Below are positions 40,260-50,310 of a DNA stretch of 64,000 nt, in pieces. Within the stretch, counting starts at the first letter, position 1, and each line of letters starts with the position of its first letter. This DNA is from Phoronis australis (taxonomy: Eukaryota; Animalia; Phoronida), in contig NMRA01000001.1 in the NCBI GenBank assembly GCA_002633005.1, positions 4,385,191 to 4,449,190 on the forward strand, read 5' to 3'. Both the position numbers and the translations under genes were made by a program. A model generated the notes under the pieces. It made no database searches and had not been told where the DNA came from. It saw nothing but the letters and a program-made list of their open reading frames with translations.

Positions 40260-40599
40260 GACGTTTTAATAGTTAACCTTCTGTTTTGTTTGAAACATTT
40301 AACTTTCAACACAGTAAATGATTTTGATTGAAATGCTGCAACACCAAAGACACTTTATCAAGTCAATAACAGTCTCACTTCTACTATTTTAGAGTGGGTT
40401 AGGGAGAATTCACAAATTTGTTATTTTTTACCCCTCGCCTCGGTCATCACCAGTTTTGATATAACCCTCCCTCCATCTACCATCGTATTACATCGTCACA
40501 GCCAGCCCCCATTTTTGGAAGGACTGACAGTTCCTTGGGGATTCAGTCTTGATGCTACTGACAAACTGTCTCTTTTGTAATATTTGCATTTGCTGCTGT

Positions 40600-41900
40600 T
40601 GCGTTTTTATGAAGCTGGTAACTCACGAATTTTGGGCCTATTCGACTACGCTCTGTCCCCTTGTGGCAATCTTGGTTTTCATGTTTGCCTCTGTATCTTT
40701 GAAGTTCCTCGGTAGATCTTCATAAAATTCAGCAACACCTAATTTTTGGACTTACTTTGCATACTTTGTGCCACCAGAAGGCCATATTTCATTTTCGAGT
40801 ATGTATTTGTTGTTCACCAAACCACTCAAAGGATCATTATGCACAATGGTAAATTTTTTTCTGATGTGAAGACCACTACCTGTTGATTTGCAGACGACAT
40901 TCACAGCTCTGACACCCCCTAGTTGCAATTTTGTTTAAAATTTGTAACTCTGGGGGATCTTTTTGAAATTGATTTCATTTCTATAGAAATGGCAACAGAT
41001 GTCGAGTTTTAGACCAATCCACCTTCAACTCTGCCCCCCCCCCCACTTGTAACATTATTTTTTCTAATTAAATCAGTTTTTGGCCACAATAAGATCAAAA
41101 AACAGACAATCGCCGCACAAATAAAAAAGTTCATGTTCAATTCAACGTTTCGTCTTTTCATTAGACATCAGGATAATTTAGGACAAGTGCCAACATACAG
41201 CTCGGGTAACATCCATAGAGTGAAGTGAGAGATACATAGAATATGATCAGTAGCTGGTCATCACCATAGCTGCAGGGTCACTGAGCTCTGCATGTTATTC
41301 AGAGAATCAGTGGCATGCTGGTTCTGAATGGCCAATGACTCTTTAATGCCTCTGTCATTTAAGTTCACGGATGGATTTTTGTGAAATTTGGCAAATATGT
41401 TCCTATTAAGGACACAACACTGCCTTTTCATTTTAGGATCTGAAATTGATTATTTCTAGTTCGTCCTTTGGCATCTGCCTTTTATCCACCGAACTGCTCA
41501 AAGGATCATTATTAAACTCAGCAGTTGTGTTCCTGATGGGAAGATGATGAGTGACATTGATTTTCAAATGGGTTGACAACTGTGGCGCCCCCTAGTGGTG
41601 ATTTTGTTTTTTTGACCATGGATGTAGCCCGAGATTCCTTTGCAGGATATTTGTGATCTTTAGGCGTTCCCTATAAATGTGACAGTGACTTATTACGACT
41701 TTGTACGTTTACCTCTATATCTTTGGAGTCCCTTGGCGCATTTTCATCAAATTTGGCAAATAGGTTTGTATTTGAGAGACCACACCTTCACAATTTTGGA
41801 CGGGTTTGACATATTCTGTGCCATCTGATGGTCATTTTATGACACTAAAAACACCCCTTGAAGCACACAATTTGTGGTGCAACCATGGGCGTTGCTTTAG
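40600..41900. repeat. Cluster of degenerate repeat modules (Helentron/HINE-like internal arrays) between nidogen and RTRAF
   Basis: Recurrent GGATTTT..TGAAATTTGG and GCC.CCT.GTGG modules; related copies at about 22710-23260, 44850-45300, 45900-46200, 53350-53620 and 59720-59930; the family assignment is an inference. Confidence 0.55.
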
Positions 41901-42701
41901 AAATATTAAAGTAACAACACTACTGACAGTTACTCTGTGGCCAGTCTCCACTGAATCATCAATCTGTGGAGTAAAACCCAAGATTTAACAAATGAAATTT
42001 GAGGTATAGCAACAGGCTGACAAAGTTAATACCACTTCACAACAGATTAGGTCTGTTCGTCGGCCTTTCAAGATGTTCACTTTACAGGAAGGAGTTGCCT
42101 AGCAGATGTGGTTTGGTAATGCAAGATGGTGAGAGATAACTGTGAAAGTATAAGCTCCTGCATTATTTCTAGTAGAACCGATGCAACACAGTCATAACGA
42201 TGAGTTAGGGAACTAGAATTAACCAATAAATTGAACATACAATCCCAGTACAGTTGAACACATAATGCAAATACTCGCATACAAGACCAAAACCTTTCCT
42301 CAAAAGAAGTCCTTAAGTTGGAAGGAGATGAAAAATGCAAGAGAAAATGGACAGGAATCAATATTTAAATGTTGAAACATCATGAAATGATGCTCGCAAA
42401 AGGGGACCAGTGACAAGTTTTAAACATTAGTATTAGCAACACATCAGAACAATACAGCAAAGCTCGAATACGACTCTTGTCTAGGACAAAGTGTTGTAGT
42501 ACAGTTATTCTCGATCATGCACTTGACCCTTCACACAAGATGGGTATCGTCTTTCTCAGTCCAGCTAGGTTCAACTTTTGCAAGTTATTGGAGTTTGCAA
42601 CAACTTAGGCACAGAAAACACTAGTGAGATCTCGCAGATAAATGTCACACCATGGTATCCTTCCACATATGGATCACTCCCCACTTTACCCAAATGTTAA
42701 C

Positions 42702-42856
42702 TCATCTCCCCACTTTCCCCAGTCGTTGATCAGTCTTGGGATCAGCCGTTATAGTTTGCACTGCAACTATTGCTTCATTAACCTTGGTCTGAACATCACG
42801 CAGGTTTTTGATGTGCAAAAGTCTCAATATTTTGGCAGCGTCATTGCTGATGTAGT
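42702..42856 (-). CDS. RTRAF: RTRAF exon 8 (stop)
   Basis: DYISNDAAKILRLLHIKNLRDVQTKVNEAIVAVQTITADPKTDQRLGKVGR then TGA. Confidence 0.96.
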
Positions 42857-45800
42857 CTGAAAACAAAAACAAACAAAACCGAATAGAACATTGCTGGAAG
42901 TTCGAATGAGAGAAATTATGGAATGCTGTATTGTGATCTGAAGTGGAGACTCTGCGGAAAAAAGATATTGAGAAACTGTGATCAAGAAGTAAAAGAACTC
43001 AAAGAAGTTTTTAATATTTTTAACACCCATTGACTTCGTGGAGAACTGTATGTACAAGTATCAGGAAAAGAAACGATTTGTAAATAAATTTCGGTTTTAA
43101 AGAAAACACCACAACAGATACACTTACCAGGTGTGAACATAAAAACCCTACTAATTCCAAACATTATGCAATTGTTATTTGACAGTGAAATATACAAATC
43201 ATAACTGTGCCTTGTCTCATTAGGGTAATGATGAAATATTACCATTACTTGTTTACATGAAAACAGTCTCGCAAACCCAGACTTTCGCGAGACTGTATAG
43301 GTTCTCGGATGGTTTCTGGTACACTGGAGGACCCAGGGTTTTTTGTAAATCAGTACTTCATTAGCATATTCACAATTTAATGAGACCATGCATCTTAAAG
43401 GTTATGTAGGATCTTATTGGCAAGTTTCTACAGCCAAATATCTACAAAACTACTGTAGAATTTAACTCAGCAAAAGTATATACATTTTAAAGGCAGAAAT
43501 TTAGTAGAACTTGGGTTTTGACTTTATGCTAGTCTGCCACCGATTAGGGCATGTTACATTGCTTTTGCAGGAAAATTTGGCGAAAAGGTACATTCATAGC
43601 AAAACAATGGGATCAACGACATAACCGATTTCTGAATGATAAATACGATCAAGATAAATCTCGAAAATATTGTTAGTTTTCTAAATTAACGTTTCGCTTT
43701 CGTTTTCTTCATCTTTATTAAATTTTCATATTTTTGATAGCCCCTCATCAAAAAGAGGAACATTTTAAAAACAATTCCTAATCATAACCACAAAATCAAA
43801 TCCTAACAGCGTTTTGGAGAATACTGTATAAAGCACAGCATCTGGATGATTCATCAGCCATTTCTGAGATACGATGTTCTGAAGTTTGCCAAAATAGAAC
43901 ATTTTTAGCATCCTACACTACATATGTAGGACCCTAGAAAAATTCCAAATTTGGCCAACTTCAGAGCATCTTGTCTCAGAAATGACTGATCATATGATCC
44001 CACGAAGCTTTCACATACCATGTTTTATTCACTGTTCTACAAAACGCTGTTAGAATTTGTTTTTAAAATGATCCACTTTTGCATGAGAAGCTAATAGAAT
44101 GTAAGACTTCAATGATTTTTACAAAGAAATTAAAAGTTGCATGAAACGAAAATGAAATGGCATTTTTGAAAACGTTTTTGAGACTTCCAGCTTGACCCTT
44201 TATTAATGAAATTCATTCACGGTATTGATTTTTCTTTGAATGTACCTTTCTTTTTTCGGTAAATTCTATTAAAAAGACATGGTCACGTGAAATCATTAGA
44301 ATTGACATTTATAATCAAGTCACAATAAAAATAGATTAGCATACAGATTAGTTTTTGCATGCAAAGTTTTGTGCTTTTATAAAATTCCACTATCTTGACA
44401 AGTACTCTGTCATCAGCCACAAGCGGACTCACCTCCAGCATCAAAGCCCAGTTCAAGATCATGAAGAGCAGTCATCTCCTTCTGAAAATGACATCACTAA
44501 TTACTTTCCCGGAAACAAACTGATGAGGGTTACACACTGCACAAACATCCTCAATTCTTCATAAAAATTTTTTAATGAGATGTGCGAGTACATAGGGTGG
44601 GTTTAGGGTTATGTAGGACCGTGGAAAAATGACCAATTACCAACTTCTAGATAAAATATTCTTAAAATCCCTGCTTAAGGCACTGTTTTATGGGTCATCA
44701 GTTTTGCTTTTATGCGATTGTTTTTACTTGAAAAGCAAGCAAGTTACAAATATTTCCGGTTGTGAATATTTTAACCTAATGTACTTTAATTTCATTTTGT
44801 TCAGATTAAAGGAAAGTCGTTAGCTTTGGTCAGAGCTATAAAACAACACAAGCACAACGCAAACCATTGAAATGGCCAACAACTGCACCACCTACAGCAT
44901 GCTTCTAGGGGTGTTAGTGTCTTAAAATGACAATTTAAGTTGAACCTGCCAAAAAAAAAAAAAAACACTTGCCAAGTTTCACAAAGATCCTCCAAAAGAT
45001 TAAGGAGATATACCCGTGGATAAAAATTGCCATTAGGAGGTGCCATACCAGTTGCATATGTCCTAAAATCAATGTCAGATGCAGTTTTCTCATCACGAAC
45101 ATGTTAGCCAATTTTTATAATAGTCCTCTGAGTGGTTTGGCAATGTGACACAGTAGTATTCGGATCGGTTTGAAATTTTCTATTATCTTCATAGCCACAT
45201 ATCTTTTTAATTCTACAAAGCTCCAACAAAGGATTAAGGAGATATGGCTGAGGACACACACAAACACAGGGGGCGCCACGTGACTCAGAACTGTCCCAAA
45301 GTCTTGACACACTGTTATGTCAGACACTGTATGACCAGTAGTCTCAAGTTTTGAACAACCCATCTTACACAGTACCTTTGTTTTGTCATCACCAGATTTC
45401 TGTAAGACCTCTTTACTCAGTCGTTCAGTGACTAACTTGCACACAGCCTGAAAGAACAAGTGGAAACAACTCCAGAATGTTGGAATGCTTTGAATGTTTG
45501 TTTACTACAGTGTGCTTAAAGGAATGCAGCTGAACAGAATTGGAACTCAGGCAACCTGACTCATTGTTGATATGCTACCCGTAGCAACGGCACGTCACAA
45601 CTGACATAAAATGTTTATCAAGCATTGCACAACTGTCTTACTGACAAATACATTGCAAGTTATACTGCACACTTCAATTGTGTATTGATATATGTATATA
45701 TTTATACCTGCAACACGCATGTGTGTGTGTGTGCATGCACGCGCGCGTGTGCGCGTGTGTGTGTGTGTGTGCGTGCGCACATGCCTGAGTATACCTACTT

Positions 45801-48800
45801 TACACACTTCACTGTGATCATGATGAGGAGGGACAGATAACAAGGTAGCTAATGAGGAAACACCTGCCTTGAAGTCAGCACTTTCAACTGAAACATAGTT
45901 TACGAGATTAGGGAGAGTTGCGACGCACAAACCATCTAAAGGGGGCAGCACCCACATTACATTCCGAAACAAACATTGGATTTAGACCACTTACCACCAT
46001 AGAACTGGTCTCAACTTGTTCCTTACATATCAGAAAACTGTCATGATGCGACAAGCCAATTCGTGAAGCCCCATCTTGGCGGATATGTTCCCTCTAACAA
46101 GAACGCAACTCATGTAGATTTTCGGGTGGGTCTGACTACTGTGATGTCCCTCAGTGGCATTTTTTTAATTGACAGCTGTATCTCCTAACCCTACTCGACT
46201 AGCATGGAACCCTCTGTTAGCCACTTTAGTTTTTGACAAGAAATTCCTTGTCAGTTAATTATTGGTAAAATGACAAAAGTTAATACTGAGATTTGTGATG
46301 GAAATGCGTTGGCACCAGTCAATTTTGATTTTCGGGCAGCTTCCCTTTTGTAGTGTCATAGACAGACAATGGAAGAACAAGTCGCATACATAATTACCAA
46401 GTTTTGGTCACATAGGCAACACATAAAAACTGGGTGTGACAAGGGTAGAATAAGAACTGAAGGACTCAGTTAAACAATGACAACAGAAGTTCCAACAAGA
46501 CCAAAATAAGACAGACCAGTGTATTATACTTATGGTTAACTATGATATCATGAGACAAGCAATAAATAATAAAGAACTTCGAATGATTAATTTGAGGTCA
46601 AAATACGTCTTCACAGCACCAGTGTCAACATGTTAATGACTCAAAAGTTCTGTGTGTGCATCTCATGTACATCTTGAAATGAAGTTAGCAGTGACTTGAA
46701 AATTTTGTCAGATTTCATTGCTCATCTTTTACCCAGAACGATCTAAAACCACAGCTTTGCACCAAGCTTAGATAAAATCATAAACACATACATAAGACTT
46801 TTCTTACCATTTAATTCTGTTAGCAAAAATAGTTTGGTGCTATGTTAAACTGGATGCTGAACACAATAGTTACCCCTACTGAGCTAACTAATTCCCCCAT
46901 CTCAATGGTATCTATCAACTTACAGTCCATGCCTTCTAAAGGATTCGTTGAAGCAGATTGTTGTGTAGATTGAGATGGAGCACTCTCTTTATTTTTATAC
47001 TTGTCAACTGAAAAAGAGCGAATCAGTGAAAGTCTATAAAAGAATGGCCAATATACACAGAAACAAGGATCAGTCAAGTGCTGCTGACACTGAATTTTAC
47101 TGAACACTGCACAATATTGAACAGCAAATTTATAAAATATTACCAAGTTCCAGGTTGAGTATTAATTCTTAAAATCCATAGTAAACAGTTAAAATCATTC
47201 ATTTACCATTATCGCCATATTCTAGTCTGATAGCGTAGCCTAGCAACCAGTCAACTAGCTCCACCTTTTGGTCAACATTATATGGACACCCTAGCTCTTC
47301 TAAATACTGAAAAATACAAGGACATTGGGCTCATTAATGAGGGATTTTTTCCTATCTAAGAAAATGCTAAAAACATTTTGATAAAAAAAACAACCCGTTA
47401 ATAAGAACATTATGCGATCATTTTAAAGTTAAAATGTCCGATTCAGAAAAAAGGGAAGAAAATCAAAACTTTGAGTGCTCGAGGCTTAGCTTAACCGCAA
47501 ATCTAATTCAATCTCTATCTCAACTCCTCTAGCAATGAACATATGATACAACACAGACGATCATATACACTGGAGGTGCGTTTCACCGTTTTTTACTTCC
47601 TGTTGTAATTTAAGCGCGTTTGATGCGTGCTGACTGTTAAAGATGGCAAATACACTGATTCCACCAAAGGTATTAAATCTAGGAAAACTGTTAGTTATTC
47701 AAAGTTTGGAAGTCAGCACAAACTTTGAAACAAATTTCGGGGGAATTATCGTCTCATTTTGATACTCTTTGTAGTGACAATCTGAGGTTGCAATGGCAAC
47801 CTGCAGTTCGCCAAATCGAGCACTGCTTAACAAAACACCTGAAACATCAATTTTTTATTATACTGACAGTACCTTTTTAAATGCAGACTGCCAGAGACTA
47901 GGATTTGTTGAGCGTAAGGGTTCTCTGTCTTCAATTTTATGGTGGCGAATCTTTTGATCCTCAAGCCACAACACCAAATTAAATAAAGCACCTTCATCTG
48001 CAATCAAAACAATTGTCAATATTTGTCTTTTGACATTAAATAACGCTTGTGTTGGCCAACTGCTGATCAAAGACGGTACAATAATGCACCAAAAGACAAT
48101 CAATGTTACACTAGACACGACACATGAGTTTTCAACTGCTCAGTAAAATGGACAATTGACAAATCACAACTCCAAATGAACTAACTATCAGATATAGCAT
48201 TCGAAATTACAATTATGTGAAGACATATATGTCTTGCAGAAATGATACGACAAAAGTAACTGCAAGAAAGTCAAGCCCTTCAAAAGAAATTATTCACAAT
48301 AAGATTTGATGTTTTATTACTTGCTTAACACTCCACCAGTTGTATCTTTCACCTGAGGGTGAACCCATGAGCTAAGGCATTCACTTAAGCTTATTGGCTG
48401 GCAATCATAACGACATAATTGGCCTATTAGCTAGGTCAAAATCTGAGAGTAAAAGATGACAGATGACTTGATTCGTCAGTATTACAGCCTTACAGGAAAA
48501 CGATAAAAAAGTGAAATATAACTGAGTAAGACCATTCATGGTTCCATAAATACATAAGGGAATTTGATTTGGTTAGTACTAAAATATGCCAGAACTATCT
48601 TATGCAATTACATCACAATAGTACACGCCCATAAAAAGTTACTCGTCTCAAAATACAGCAAATAAAATCAAATGAAACCTGCATATATTCACACCAAGTT
48701 ATAATTAACAAATACCATGACTCTGGAGACAATTTAGTCAATGCGTTTTGAACGTATCCATGGTTCAGTCGAGCTTTCTTCCCTGGGTGCCATTTTCAGA

Positions 48801-50066
48801 AGGTTACAGGACATCCCATCGTCTGCTGACAAATCCCACTGGATATCTCACCAGGCTATTTTTTTCAAAGTGTCAAATGGCAGGTCATGCACTTTGCTCA
48901 GCCTCGCTCTTACTGTTGCCCAAGTCACGCGACGTCAATCGAAATATACTGGGGAACCCAATGGTCGTCCGCCTAAGCATAAAACCGACTTGCTGTTGTA
49001 CTCACCGAATTATTCCACTTCAAAGTTATGATCTGAATAGGATTCGATTTAACTCTCACAGATATACCGCATTCATCGATTCGGAAGTTTTCTTTAATTT
49101 GTGCCGAGTTATTTCAAATGTGCACTGCCTTCGGCAGCCATTTTATTGTGACACCTAAGGTCGTCATATGCTGCCCCCTTTTGTAAAAACTGAGAAACAT
49201 GCAGAAAAAGGCCAACGAAGTAATGAAAATTGCAACAGCCTGTTTTTATTGACATAAACTCGATTTGAAGCTTTGATGTTGAGCTCTGCACTGTGGTTTC
49301 CAATAAAAGCCAATTGGACAACATTTCAATGCAGTTTAATGGTGAATGCGTGAGGCAAAATGTTAAGAACCCAGCGTATCGCATTTGTCTGCGGATTTTT
49401 CCTTTGGCCTTCTAGATCCTACTAGTGCCTGGGAAAAACAGATACATTGCATAAACAAACCCTGGATCATGTTTTGTGTCCCGTCGGAAGAAAATTTAAA
49501 TTCGAAAACATCTTCTGAAAACGCACAAAAAAGTGTATTAGTAAAATCTACTGATTTTTAAGTGGTTTTAAAAAACAATCGGTAAACTCACCGATTTTTG
49601 TCTCATTACTTTGATACGTGTCTCTTCCGATAAGTTAGTACCTAACGTGCACACGAGCACTCCAAATTGGAACGCTAAGTCCCGCGTGGTTGCGCTGCAT
49701 GCGAAACAAGATGGCGGACGACCTTTGGAGCCTGACGACAATAGGTAACCGGACTATACTTTGTGGTTATTGCGCACGGATAAAAAGTAATGGCGAAGGG
49801 AGAGTAATGTAGCCCCTAGACAGCCAGCCAATGGGCTACGTGTTGCCTACAAGTATTTTGCCCCTCCCCCCCGTTTCTGCCTGGTCCATTATTCATGTGG
49901 GGAAATTTACAGACGAGTTACTCTACCCTCTACCGTCTACGACTACGAGTCTAGGTGAGCTGAGTAATCCTTGTATTACTCTAATACTCAACAAGTATGA
50001 CGTACCGTCTATATCAAAAGAATTTGGATCGTTGTGGTTTAAAGCACAGAGCTTTCGCTTGAACAT
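42702..50066 (-). CDS. RTRAF: RNA transcription, translation and transport factor (C14orf166/CGI-99/CLE; tRNA ligase complex subunit), complete 8-exon gene, 244 aa
   Basis: Minus-strand exons 50066-50006, 47997-47873, 47306-47207, 47007-46924, 45887-45799, 45447-45376, 44481-44433, 42856-42702 (735 nt, phases consistent). The translation MFKRKLCAL...LVLWLEDQKIRHHKIEDR...DWLLGYAIRLEYGDN...DFKAGV...LGFDAG...AKILRLLHI...NEAIVAVQ...ADPKTDQRLGKVGR matches hallmark RTRAF motifs recalled from the human protein. Confidence 0.96.
43399..44360. mobile_element. Long fold-back MITE (TTAA-AGG start) in RTRAF intron 7
   Basis: Inverted blocks CTAACAGCGTTTTG / CAAAACGCTGTTAG, CATTTCTGAGA / TCTCAGAAATG, AAAGGTACATTCA / TGAATGTACCTTT; related sequence at about 1270-1345. 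Confidence 0.68.
44433..44481 (-). CDS. RTRAF: RTRAF exon 7
   Basis: KEMTALHDLELGFDAG; donor GTGAGT; CAGAAG tandem acceptor. Confidence 0.92.
45376..45447 (-). CDS. RTRAF: RTRAF exon 6
   Basis: AVCKLVTERLSKEVLQKSGDDKTK; phase 0-0. Confidence 0.93.
45713..45784. repeat. Alternating purine-pyrimidine (GT/GC)n tract
   Basis: About 70 nt of uninterrupted RY alternation. Confidence 0.9.
45799..45887 (-). CDS. RTRAF: RTRAF exon 5
   Basis: FESADFKAGVSSLATLLSVPPHHDHSEVCK. Confidence 0.94.
46924..47007 (-). CDS. RTRAF: RTRAF exon 4
   Basis: VDKYKNKE...STNPLEGMD; donor GTAAGT. Confidence 0.92.
47207..47306 (-). CDS. RTRAF: RTRAF exon 3
   Basis: YLEELGCPY...VDWLLGYAIRLEYGDN. Confidence 0.95.
47873..47997 (-). 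CDS. RTRAF: RTRAF exon 2
   Basis: DEGALFNLVLWLEDQKIRHHKIEDREPLR...AFKK. Confidence 0.96.
50006..50066 (-). CDS. RTRAF: RTRAF exon 1
   Basis: MFKRKLCALNHNDPNSFDID; donor GTACGT. Confidence 0.93.
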
Positions 50067-50225
50067 TTGTCTTGGTACGGCTCAGGAAACGCACAAATAA
50101 CGAAATATATGTGTCTGTCACAACTCCCCACAACACCTGTCAACTACATCCGGTTTAGAAACGGAAGTGTATTTTTGCGCATGCCGAAGAATTTCGCGGG
50201 AGATTTCATGAAAACTTTTCTGGCA
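50067..50225. promoter_or_regulatory. Bidirectional promoter shared by RTRAF and POLA2
   Basis: 159 bp between divergent ATGs; ETS/GABP-type CGGAAGTG at 50162-50169 and inverted CCGGATGT at 50146-50153, NRF1-like TGCGCATGC at 50176-50184, E2F-like TTTCGCGGGA at 50192-50201. Confidence 0.8.
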
Positions 50226-50310
50226 ATGGCAAACGTTCAGGACGAGGAACTTGTCGAGGAGTTCGACATCTTTGGAGTTGAACTAACAGATGCTGACATC
50301 TCCGATAAGT
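50226..50310 (+). CDS. POLA2: POLA2 exon 1
   Basis: MANVQDEELVEEFDIFGVELTDADISDK; donor GTAAGA. Confidence 0.9.

Noticed and set aside
47873-47997. Second open frame starting with ATG across RTRAF exon 2
   Set aside because: Only about 41 codons, which is compatible with chance; no supporting evidence.
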